A stretch of 64,000 nt of DNA. Origin: Tubiluchus corallicola (Eukaryota; Animalia; Priapulida). The DNA is taken from positions 496,001 through 560,000 of the forward strand of contig JAQGDQ010000112.1 in assembly GCA_030141605.1 (NCBI GenBank). Direction: 5' to 3'. A model generated the notes under the pieces. The model made no database searches, was not told the DNA's origin, and saw only the letters and a program-made list of their open reading frames with translations. Shown one piece after another: positions 38,495 through 51,300 of this stretch. The number at the start of each line of letters is the position of its first letter. The stretch's first letter is position 1. The translations under genes were made by a program, and so were the position numbers.

Positions 38495-41215
38495 TAATAA
38501 TAATAATAATCTTTTATTTATCTTTTAACACACGCACAGTTACAATACAATTAATTTAGCAACAAAAATGTGAAGAAAGGGCAGCGAAAGACCAATTGGT
38601 CATCTAGTCAGCTGCCCTTTGGTTAGTGATGAACATTTTTTGTAGGCGCTATGCTAGTGTATTAGTGTTAGTACTGCTTATAATAAATAAACTGTTACGA
38701 ATGACATAAAATTGATAATGATATGCTTATATTATAATGTGTTAGTACAATTCATACACAGTAATAATAAGTGCATAATAATAATAAAAAAATCAAACTG
38801 AACATAACTGAAATAAGGACTGAAACAAGAACTGCAATAAAAATCTGACATCAGAAACATAATAACAATGGTAACTGAAATTTATAATTTAGGTAGAATG
38901 CCCTTTTTATAGTTGAACACGAATTTCGCTAACTCAAGCTTATAAATTTCATTAATTTTTAATAATTGCAAAGCATAATAGGAAGGGGTAGCATGATCTC
39001 GGAACCCAGCAAAAGTCATTGTTTTGATAATTTTGTTATGTGCTGCTGTAAGTGGTTTCAAAACAGATTTTTTTGCTGTGCTCCACGATAAAATACAACA
39101 GTTAATGTGTGGGTACACAATGGCAAAGTAAATCATTTTTAGTATATCCGTGCTCAAGTAATGCCTCAATTTAAAAAATATACCTGTAACTTTGCTTACT
39201 TTGTAGGTAATATTTTTTATGTGTGTTGACCAATTAAGGGTGTCATCTATGTAGACGCCCAGATATTTTATGTCTGATACTTGTTCTAATAAACAGTCTG
39301 TTAACAGCATGGATACTGTTATAATGGAGTTTTCATTGTTTTCAAATTTATTTCTTATGATCATAAACTTTGTTTTATTATAGTTTACTGTTAACTTATT
39401 TGTACGCATCCATGTGTTAATTTTGATCAATTCTTCATTACTTCTAAGCTCAAGATTTTGCGTATTGTTGTCTGCTAAGAAGAGGTTAGTGTCATCAGCA
39501 AAAAGTCGTGTTTGCATGTTAGTACAAAGAGGGAGGTCATTTATATATATCAGGAAAAGAAGTGGACCCAAGGTGGATCCTTGAGGTACACCACACTGTA
39601 TTGAGCATTGGTCAGAGGCAAAATTGTCAACAACCGTAAACTGGTGTCTGTTCGTAAGATATGACTGGAATAGTTTTTGCGTGATTCCACGGATACCATA
39701 ATAGTCCATTTTGTTGAGTAAAATGTCGTGTTGAACGGTGTCAAAAGCTTTTGTTAAATCAAGAAAAATGCCGCAGGTAAGTAATTTATTGTCTAGGTTT
39801 GTCAGAAGATTGTCTATGATTTCAGCAGTTGCTAATATTGTGGAATGATTTTTGCGGAAACCGAATTGAAAACATGATATTGTATCATTTTTGATTAAAT
39901 ATGTCATCAGGCGTTTATATAAAATTGACTCAAAAATTTTGGCAATGGGTGATATGAGTGAGATAGGTCGGTAGTTGTTCAGCTCATTTGGATCATCTTT
40001 TTTATATATGGGGATTACTTTTGCCAGTTTTAAAGTGTCGGGGAATGTCCCAGTCAGAATTGACGCATTAAACAGATTTGTAAGCGGAGCTAAAATTATG
40101 TTTTTTGACATTTTGAAATATGTAATTGGGATGTCATAAGGGCCTTTTGCCTTATTGGGATCTAGTCTATCAATAGCTTGGGAAATCTCGATTTCGCTAA
40201 CTGGTGTGATATAGAAAGAATTTTCTTGGGGATGCATTAAATAGTCTGTATACTTACAGTTTTCGGGTTGTCTTATGCGTGATGCCAGTGATATACCAAT
40301 GTTTGCAAAAAAACTGTTAAAAGCATTAGCTTTATGGTGCGGGTCACACGAGGTTGTGCCTTGGTAACGAACTTTAGTTGGCATTATACTAGCTGTCTTT
40401 TTTTTAATTTTGAGAAGTTCATTGATAGTGCTTCAAGTTTGTTTCATGTTATTTTTGTTTGCAACCAAGATCTGGGAGTAATACTTCTTTTTGGATGCAT
40501 GTTTGATGTGATTAAGTTTGTTAGAATATGTTTTATATAAATTTTGCTTATACAGCGAGTTGGATAACTTGTGTGTTGTATACATACGGCTTCTTGTTTT
40601 AATAGAATTGAGAATGCCGGGAGTGATCCATGGTTTAGCTATAGTTTTTGAGTTTTTCCTTTATAACGTTTTGAGTGGGGCATGTTTGTCAAGTAATGTT
40701 TTAAACGAGTCCATGAATTGTGAGCAGTAAGAGTGTATGTCTGCTTCGCCATCATTCAGTGTTAGGTTACTTATATTAACTTGAAGCTCGCTTAAAAAGT
40801 TACCTTGATTGAATGATCTCGTACATCTGACTGACTTTTTAATGTTGTTGTGCAGGAGATTAGTATTTCTTATAATGGCAAATATTGGCAAGTGGTCCGC
40901 AATGGGGTTAGTAATGATGCCAGATGTGATGGGTGTAGAAAGATTATTAGTATAAATATGATCAATTAGGGTGTGTGACGTTGGAGTAATTCTAGTTGGT
41001 CGCGTGATAATTGGTGTAAATTGATTTGAGAAGAGCATGTTGAGATACTTATTAATAAATGGTTTGTTATCATGTTGATATAAATCTATATTAATGTCTC
41101 CACATATATAAGCTGGTTTGCCTGTGGAGTAGATAGTGCAAAGAACTGATTCTAATTCGTCATGAAAATGTTCGACTGGGGTGTTTGGATGCCTATATAT
41201 TACTCCATATACTAA
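38495..41215 (-). mobile_element. 5'-truncated LINE retrotransposon (APE endonuclease + reverse transcriptase), inactivated
   Basis: EN motifs GVIYRHP, CGDINIDL, PTRIT..S.TLIDHI, DHLPI; RT motifs NYRPISL, QFGFR, FLDLTKAFD, GVPQGSTLGP, LFADD, KYLG. Two in-frame stops (~40661, ~40435). ORF2 ends early at 38882. CR1-like hairpin at 38577-38620 and (TTA)n tail at ~38495-38510. Confidence 0.95.
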
Positions 41216-41454
41216 ATACTATTTTATTATTTAATCAAATCGTTATGTATTTTACAGTTTTAGTTGTGTTTTATTGCACAATTTTCTTACATATTACAGC
41301 TTTTCATTTTGTTACACTTTTTCCTTGCCGCTTAGACTCTTTTGTTGCATCGCTTTCATGCATAATTTGCTGTCCTTAAACTTAAAGATTCTTTGTAACA
41401 CATTTGTATGTTGCATTTGCATTTGGCATTCCTTTGTTCTATCTCGAATACTAA

Positions 41455-42710
41455 ACACATGGATATCCCTACTCTTGTCAACGAAAGCAATGTCTATGTC
41501 TCCAACAAGGCCAAGGATGATGCAGTTAATAGTCATTTCTGAGCTCAGTTCACAGAGGAGAGAGGTGACATCCCCAAACTGCCAGAATCACCATACACAG
41601 CAATTGAAGATCTACATATTGGACTGGAAGGTGTCGTACGACAGGTTAAACATGTCACACCTAATAAACCACAGGAACTGATGAATTACCAGCTCATGTT
41701 TTTTATGATTTTGCCATTTAACTAGAGCTTACCAATACTAAGGTTCATTTTTCAACAGTCTTTTAGCACTTCAAGTATGTCTGGTGAATGGAAAACTGCT
41801 TTTGTTACTGCTATACACAAAAAAGGATCTATTTCTGCTTTAAACTACAGTCTTATTTTATTTGATTTCAGCAAAGCTTTCGACCGTCTCTTAGCTAAGC
41901 TCGTATTCTATGGTATCAGAGGTCATATGCTACAATTGGTCAAATCTTTTCTCTCTGAGCGGACGCAGAAGGTCTCTTTCAATGGTATCCACTCCAAATC
42001 CATAAACATTACATCGGGAGTCTCACAAGGCTTAGTCCTTCGACCGGCTTTATTCCTCCTTTATATAAATGACATCGGGTGACAATATATCATTAAATAT
42101 CTGACTATTTGCTGATGGCTCGATTCTTTACGGACCCATATGGAGTAATCAAAATAACCATATTCTACAACAAGATTTCTTGGGGGGGGGGGATTGGCTT
42201 ATGGACTTTAAGATTGATAAATGCAAAATCTTACCTGTTTCTTAAAAGAAAAACCCAAATTACTTTCCTTACAGCATGGGAGACAAAATCCTAGAGCATG
42301 TTCCTTCACATCTATCTCTGGGCATTACTATCATCACCAATCATCACAAGCGAGCACTGCCAAAAAATTGCTACGCGCAACTAGTACACTTAATGTCATT
42401 CGTAGGATGCTACACCATTGGTCAGACCCAAACTAGAATATGGTATCACAGCTTGGAACTCATACACAATTACTGTCATCAAATGCATCGAACAAGTTCA
42501 GCGAAATGCAGCACGATTTGTACGAAATAAATATATGAGAAATGCTAAAGTGTCTAAGATGATCCCCGAACTTTGGTGGGAAACACTAGAAATCAAACAC
42601 CGACAAACGGTGCTAAACATCTTTCATGATATAGTGCATCACAGGATAGGCACAAATTTACCAACTTATATCACACCATCTTTCAATGATAACAACAAAC
42701 TGTAAATCTA
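41455..42710 (+). mobile_element. Degenerate LINE reverse transcriptase, head-to-head with the previous element
   Basis: WKTAFVTAIHKKG, DFSKAFD, SGVSQGLVLRPALFLLYINDI, LFADG, VRPKLEY...W, IEQVQRNAARFV; many frameshifts. Confidence 0.9.
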
Positions 42711-43682
42711 ACCAAGTTTTTAGTCACACCAGTTAGCGAGTTGTTTTCTCAGCATTTATACTAACCATGCGCGCCCGAAACTTCTAGTATGTCGTTAAAG
42801 ACTTTTAAAAGTATACTGTTTAAAACTTCAAGATGTAGTACTACTACTATCGTATCGATGTGTACCAAATAGATCAATTCTTATTCTTATTTGCTGCCCT
42901 TTCTGCACCTCCTGACAGTTTCTTTTTTGCATATTTTATCACAAAGTCTTGGTAAATAATTATAATACTTGTTGTTTATTTGTATTCTAGTATAAATTAG
43001 GAGATAAATAAAAAATGTCTATATCTTTTTTTGTTTTCTATGCTACTGAAATCTGAGTAATAGCCCGTGGACCATCTAGCACGCCTTCTAGTAACAGTGC
43101 GATGAATTGCGAGTATTAACTATCTACAGGTTAACTAACATGCGATTGCACAGTAGAACTCATTGTCAACTGTTGTCGTTGAAACTCTATTGTTGGAAGA
43201 TTTTCAAAACTCAGCTCCGTCCTCTCTCATGGTCTAAATTGCCTAGAGTGTTTAATCTACACCATACCTGCCGACCACCACCTCCCCGATTTTGTCCTAC
43301 CCGCAGTTGTTTAGTACGCCCTGTAGTCTACTTGCAAACTCTGTTATACAGTGGGCACAGTTAGTTGTGAAGACATTGTGACAAAGTCAAATTCTGACCA
43401 TTGGATTTTGATAAGAAATTATAGTTTTCATGGCTTTGTGACAATAATGCGTGCTGGTCAGAATTTGACCAACACTTCACCACTTCACAAACATTGAATT
43501 TGATTTTAGGAATTTGTAGCCAACTAGTGGATTGAAGTCAGAATTCCAACCTGACAACGATCAATCAGTCAAAGGTAGAGCGGATATTACCCAGCTGAAA
43601 CCCTGCATTGTTTATAGGAAAACTTATTCGTTTTTTTAATATTTGAAAATTGTTCAGTAAATTGTTTAATTGTTTTTTATTA

Positions 43683-43686
<4 letters not shown>

Positions 43687-43729
<43 letters not shown>

Positions 43730-43757
43730 TTATAGATATATATATATCTATATATAT
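43687..43757. repeat. (TA)n microsatellite
   Basis: Direct inspection. Confidence 0.95.
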
Positions 43758-45350
43758 TATCGAAATATGTTTTTATGTAGAGACAGTTAAACCAAGAAGA
43801 TTTAAGGAAACTCGTTCATGTTGTAACAAAAAATTTTGGGTTTGCAAAAAAACTGTGAAATGTTTGGAATTTAGAATTTTTGTACTCAACGTTGTGTTGT
43901 TGTTGTTGGAATGTGCTGAAACTGACACAGATTCAGTTGATTGCAATTAATCCTGTAGCTGCCGTGTATTAGATGCACAGTAATGTAGAATCAATCTCCT
44001 AATTGCCTTAATAACGTCTAGTACGGGCCGCTCCTATGCAAAAGTATATAAAAACTGTCGGCAATTGACTCAAATAACTCTGCATAATGGATTCTATATT
44101 TTTATACATAGATATATACTCGTCGTTACAATGATGTACGTGGTTACAAACAAAGTGTCAGCCCGCCAACTAACAATCAGCTCGCGAAACAACGGACTGT
44201 GTCCATATTATGCCGGGACTTTTAACGGATCAGATTTTGTCCGAAATTTGTCCAAAACTCATAAAAGCCAGGTCTGGCAAATCAAAATATGAGCGTATTG
44301 CCAACAAGCATATTTTGATAAATACCATGCTAATGGCAAGTTCAGACTAGTGAGGTTTCTCTCTGACTACAATATTTAGAAGTAACTCACAGTAAGCTTG
44401 AAAATAAATAAGAACGATTCTGTGAAAAATAAAAAAAATTGAGACTTAATGGGCTTTGACTTCTGTACGATTGTAACTCGCAGTAAGTTTTGAATGTGCT
44501 TGCCAGCTACTGCAAGTTTGCTTGGCAAGAAACTTGTTGCTGTAAGTTTTTAATCAGACTAATTATAACCAAATGTTACCTAGTGTTTTGTTTATTATTT
44601 GCAGCTTTCACATCATGCACTCAACAACAGTCTCGCTTAGATGCAGCAATGATGTCACTACCCAATCGACTAATGTTGAGCTAAGACCAACTCCGCGAAT
44701 TATTGCAGCTCACAAAATGAATAAACCCTATAGGCACTTGCAAGAAATTCATAAACCAAAGCCAAACATTGGACATGTTACATATCCGTCTTATGGTGCT
44801 TGGAAGCAGAGCGGCCTGCAAATGAATAATTTTGGATCTTATAGGGTACATTGTCTACCTTATTATGAAATTCGTAAGAAATTCATTGTAAGAAAAAATT
44901 AACTAATAATTGCAAAAAATAGCTCTGATTGTATGTCTATTATATGATTTTGTTAATTCCTATTAGATATTTAAGTCAGTTTGCTGGTTTTCTATTTGAT
45001 TTTTTCATCAGCACGCTGGTATTAGACGATAATGATGTTCAGTCACAGGATCAGTAAATCCATTCACTAAGTCAAACAGCTAGCCGTGCCTTTGTTAAAG
45101 TCTTTAGTAAGAGACAGAACATCATACAAATAAAGCTTGATTTTACCATTCGATTCACTTTTAACTTTGTATGGAAATTTTATCTGTTATTGCAGATTTG
45201 ATAAATATGAGTCATGTTATTTTTCTATAGACAATTTTTCACTTGTGCTCTTGAAAATTATAAATAATTTATCTCTGTAACTTTGATTGATAGTTTATAC
45301 AGAAATGATAACCTACAGCATATATTTTATAGCCTATCGGAAGTAATTCT

Positions 45351-48300
45351 ATGTGGGTACCAAGCTTGGATATGCAATGGAAGTTGAACAGGAACGGCTT
45401 ACAAGCTTGCAAATCATCAAATACTGTGGGACGGGAGATGAGCAGACAAATTTTGACAATTCCTAATGAAGGTAATGTCAATGACTGAATTTGAACCAAG
45501 ATGAAATTGACAGTAGAGAACTGATCTGAATTAGTCAACTATAGCATTTTCATATATACATGGTTGTTCATAACCTTGCACAACAGATTATGCACCACCC
45601 TGTATATGTGTGTATACGTGTGTGTCAACTTATTGCATATTGATATATTCTAGAAATGCCCTTGATCTCATTGAAGAAAATGAAATGAAAAAGCCTGAAA
45701 TATAATAACCTGCACAAACAGTAGCATAACCTGTAGTGTGTATTTTTTAATTTTAATTTTAAATTACCTATGTGTGTTTAAGTTATGATTATATCTTAAT
45801 ATGATAATAACTTTACCCACAAAGTAAAAGATATGAATCAGTTGCAGTGTCATGATATTATTCTTTTCTTCAGTGTATATTCAGCTATAGTGGAAGTAAC
45901 ATCTCATCTTAACTTATTATTTCTCCCATGGAGTGGAAATTAAATGCTTTACAGCACTCATAAAAATACATTTGCTAAGTGGAATTACTGGAAACTAATT
46001 CCAATCTTAAATGTTGTATTAGTTTTGCAAAATGTCATGAAAATAGACTTGATGCAAATTTTGCAAGCTTATACTGTTATGTTGGAAACTTTGTTCAAGC
46101 GTGTCATATGTTTCATTTTTGTGATTTGAATAAGGCTCCCCCCAACAAACCAATGCCATAAAATGGGCAGCTCCACTGGGTTATAATTTAGCAAATTATC
46201 TTGTAGTCAGGAGACTATAGTGTTGGTGTAGCAGTGCCCCCAGAAATTGTTTGGTTTTTAATTAATACTGGTACCATTGTGTTGCACTTTCCTGTTTTTT
46301 GTTTGAAATCTTTAAACGGACCAAATCTAATTTAAACCTTTTTACACCGGTAGGTAATTTAACTTGGCCCAATGCCGTTCATCACTCACTTCGTGCAAGG
46401 ACTGAGCTCCGTGTACCTCAGCAGTATCTGCGAGCCAGAGTTCATCATCGTCATCAGATTCCGCCGGATCTACTGTACCATCCAATGTATCATGACAAGC
46501 AGCAGCACCCTCGCTCACTACAGCCATTGCTAACCAATTGTGGAAGTCATCAGCAGTCTCAGTCTGTTGTTGTCAACAATCAGTCACAGTTTCGACCAAA
46601 AGTGTACATTCCTTACATACCAGATTTATCTTCGAATCACCAACATGCTGTAATTATTATTAGTAGTTATTAACTGTATTATTTCTTGTAGTGCATTTTA
46701 CAAGTACGTTATAGAAGAGCTAGGTTATTATTAAAAATGTTCTTTGCAAATTTAGGTTGTCATTGTTACACTGTATTAACAACGATGGGGCAAGTGGGTT
46801 ATAATCGTTGTGTTACTGAGATGACTATTATATTTGTTAATGTATTTATTTCATTTTAGATGCCAAACTACTCGGTGCCATACATCCTACCGGCTCCATT
46901 ACCAAATCTGTCACATCATCCTTTGCCGGACAGGGTCTCAACTCCCAAAACATCTTCAACTTCTACAGCTTTGCAGAACTGTGCTCTTGCTCCAACAGTT
47001 TCACTGCCATGCGTAAGCTAGCATTTAACATTAATGTAACTGCTTAAAGGAAAACTGGATGATTGATTAGACCCCGTCTTAGTTTAGTTTACTGTCCAAA
47101 AGACATATACATTTTTATTGCCCATAAAAGTTAGCAGTTGTTTGTAATATTTGAATAATTACCTTGGAAAGTTAATTAACGCAAACAAATGCTGCTATTG
47201 CTTACGTCACCTTATTAACCGTGTGTGCGCAATGGCAGGTACCTTCCCTGTACATCAAGCATGTTTGCATAAGTGAAAATTGCTATAAGATGCTGGTGTG
47301 TGCCACAAAAATAAGTTTTACGTCACACTGATGTCACAGATGCGCACTGCAGTTCATGATCATACTTATCACTGTACTGTGCCTATTTGCCGACCACGCG
47401 AATATGACAAAAAAGGGGCCATTACCAGTCTTAGTGGTGTTCCTCTGTCGCACATAGCTTTTAAAGTTTAACAAAATTTGACTAAATGAGGTATTTATTA
47501 TTTAATCTAATACTTTTTTTGAACTAATGTGTAGCCTATCATACGGCTATCCTTTAATTTTTTTCTACTTATTCTTTTTTTATTGGCTAGTGTGTGCAAC
47601 ATTTGATATATTGTGTTTTTAGGCCTTTTGTTGATGTTCATTATGGTACTAATTGAATGTTTGGCTATATTTTTAACGTTGATAATAATGATTAAAGTAA
47701 GTGAAATGATAGCTTGCGTTTAATAAATATATTGATTCGAGCCAGCTTCCATTTACTGTTAAATGTTTTTTATTACTCAGTTGTACTATTATTTTTCAAC
47801 GTGCAGCCTTTATGTGAAAGATGTAGTTGTGTAATGTGTAAGTGCCGCTTACATTTTTTATATTTTTAAGGCTCTGTTACTTTAACTGGACAGTTGTAGT
47901 TTGCAACAGTAACTACATGTCTTGTTTCTATTTCATTCTATTGTTACCTCCGTCAAGAAGAGTACGTTTTTGTCAGCATTGGATTGTTTTTTACTTAGTT
48001 TGCTTGTCAGCAAGATTACGCAAAGACTGATTTACTGGTCAATTTATTTTGTATTTTGTCTAACAGTTATGTATTTTTTGCCGTCTCTTTATTTGGCATA
48101 TAAAATCAGACATTTATCATTACGATATGGTATTATCATAACAATGGAGGCTGTTTAGAGTGAACCTTGAAATAATTGGCTTATATTAATTATGTATCAA
48201 CGATTAAATTTTCTTGCATTATTAATGGAAGTAATCACTTACTATGTAGCTAAACTGTGTAGAGTCTGCCTAGCAGTGCTAAAGATTACATCTACAAGTA

Positions 48301-51300
48301 ATGATACCTGATATCAAATGATATGCTTAATTCTTCGTGATTTAAAATATCTACATTTTATTTTTCTTTGTAGCAAAAACCCACTCCTACACTTGAGGTA
48401 GAGCCCCACATCAAAGCAGCTGCTTTGACAAATCCTGTGGCTTCGTCAGTTGTATCACTTAAATCATCTGTGCCAACAACAGCACTTAGGTATTGATTTT
48501 AGCACTTGCTTAATTACTGAAACTTTTTCACGACTGTGCTCGAGTTTAGTTGTTGTCTGCTATTTTGTTCACTGCAATTATAGTTGTCACAACGAAGTGG
48601 CAACTATGACATTATTGGTTGCATCTGTCTGTCTGTCCTTCTATTGCCACTTCTTCTGAGCTCTAGGAGCAAGCTAGGAAGTTGATACTTTGCACAGTTG
48701 TAGAGCATATTTCAAGCTTGGATAGACGTTTTTGGGTCAATCGGTGCAGGTTTGGATTTTTTAAAAAATTTTAAAGGTTCACGTACAAGAACTCTATGAT
48801 GACAGCTGCCTAGACAGCCAAATGAATTACGGCTGACTAAAGAGGCATCAGGTAACAAATCACTTATCAGGTGCCGCATGATAAAGACAGTCAGTAACAC
48901 TTGCTTTGAGCCCAAGCGCCTTGTGCCTGCTTCTGGTTTTTTGCTGAATCTGAACATGCATACTCATACAGAATAATATTTTTTGGAATAAGCTGAAAAT
49001 GAAAATAAATGTAAGCAGAAAGTATGCAAATTAGAATTTGAAATTATGAATATACTACACAGTATTTTTTCTACTATGGCTTTATTGACTTCGTAATTTA
49101 AAGTTTTAAACCCACACGCATTATAACTTGGACACTTTTAATGGTTGTCCATTAAAAATTATTTCAGCTCTATCTATGTTGAAAGCTAACCACAACTACT
49201 TACCATAAACACTATCATTTGAAGTTAAAATGCAGAAGATATGCATTAACAGTAATCCCTAAGTGTGTTGATCTCAGTGAGGCAACTATTCCCTTTACTG
49301 ATTTTCTCTAATTAATCAGCTTCTTAATACAACGAGATGTTGTTTTGTCAGTTTGCATACAGAATAATAACTGTCTATTAAAAGCTCAATTACTGATCCT
49401 ATTAATATTTATTATTTGTGGTGCTATGATAAAAAAAGGGAAAACATATTATTCAATGGTTTTATTATTGTCATTAAGAAGAGATGTACACACATCTGAA
49501 TATGAGGCTAAAGCCAAGTCACTACCTTATACTGAAGAATCTTTCTTTATAATAATGTGGGTTCTGGTATTACCACATGCATCTACAAATAAGTTGCCAT
49601 GCCAATGCTACTGCCTGCTGGCTTGCTAAACTGTACAAAACATTATTGTATAAGACATGGAGATATTGATCATTTCATTGTCATAGACTGATTTGAAGTT
49701 ACCCAGGCTGGAAATTAACTTTGGAGCATTTGAGATTCTGGGCTTGCTAATCATTGCAGTCTTTGACATCAAACCCCTCAGTTCTCATGTTTATACACTA
49801 ATATTTATATATGCAGCTTATACACTTATTTATAAATGTGTATATATATATATATATATGTGTTTTTGAACAATTGTTAGAATTGAGAAAGTCGATGATT
49901 GAATGATCAAGAGATTGTTGAGCACCATCTCAAGTCAGACAGAGAGCATTTTTAGGCATCTGTTCCTTGTCTGGTCCCGACAGTATAGGACTATTTATTG
50001 TCTTCTATTGTGGTCATTTTAGACATTATTGTGGTTACTTTACAATGTGCGAAAGTACGAAGCCAAAGCATTAGATCAAGTCAAAGCATTTCTCATGTGT
50101 TTGTTGCAATTAGCAGGAAAATGAATAATTATCTTTGACGAACCATCTTAGCTTAAAATTGTTTTTTTTGTCATAAGAAATTTGGGCATGGCCACCCTTA
50201 AAAGGCTGGTATTTATAGTCGGTATTCAAAAGGTTTTCAATTTATGGAATGGAAGTGTCCAGATTCTATCAAGGCAGTGGTTATAAATTTTCACAATTAG
50301 TATTAAACTAATGTTAGCCTTCTTATTTTTCAAAGCAGGGTGAAGTCAACAAACACAAATGCAGTGAAGATTAAGATCAAGAAGATTTGCAACTGTACAA
50401 GGTCTCAGTGCTTAAAACTGTGAGTTAAACTCAGTTACTGCAACTGTACAAGGTCTCAGTGCTTAAAATTGTAAGTTAGACTCAGTTACTGCCACTGTCT
50501 CAGTGCATAAACTGTAAGTTAAACTCAGTTACTGCAAGTGTACAATGTCTCAGTGCTTAAAACTGTAAGTTAGACTCAGTTACTGCCACTGTCTCAGTGC
50601 TTAAAACTGTAAGTTAAACTCAGTTACTGCAACTGTACAAGGTCTCAGTACTTAAAACTGTAAGTTAAACTCAGTTACTCCAAGTGTACAAGGTCTCAGT
50701 GCTTAAAACTGTAAGTTAGACTCAGTTACTGCCACTGTCTCAGTGCTTAAAACTGTGAGTTAAATTCAGTTACTGCAACTGTACAAGGTCTCAGTGCTTA
50801 AAATTGTAAGTTAGACTCAGTTACTGCCACTGTCTCAGTGCTTAAACTGTAAGTTAAACTCAGTTACTGCAAGTGTACACGGTCTCAGTGCTTAAAACTG
50901 TAAGTTAGACTCAGTTACTGCCACTGTCTCAGTGCTTAAAACTGTGAGTTAAATTCATTTACTGCAACTGTACAAGGTCTCAGTGCTTAAAATTGTAAGT
51001 TAGACTCAGTTACTGCCACTGTGTCAGTGCTTAAACTGTAAGTTAAACTCAGTTACTGCAAGTGTACAAGGTCTCAGTGCTTAAAACTGTAAGTTAAACT
51101 CAGTTACTGTAACTGTACAAGGTTTCAGTGCTTAAAACTGTAAGTTAAACTCAGTTACTGCAATTGTACAAGGTTTCAGTGCTTAAAACTGTAAGTTAAA
51201 CTCAGTTAGTTGGTTTATTTCGTTGGGAAATTTAGTTATTTAGAAAAGTTCCACTTAATGAAGACAAAGCAGAAGAAGGAGAGCTTATTTAATGGCACAG

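Noticed and set aside
38577-38620. Possible hammerhead ribozyme (CTGA and GAAA near stems)
   Set aside because: The CUGANGA and GAAA cores do not fall on one strand in valid topology; a CR1 3' hairpin explains it better.
43190-45350. CHR-like TTTGAA motifs upstream of LIN54 (autoregulation)
   Set aside because: The hexamer is expected by chance at this AT content and the TSS is unknown.
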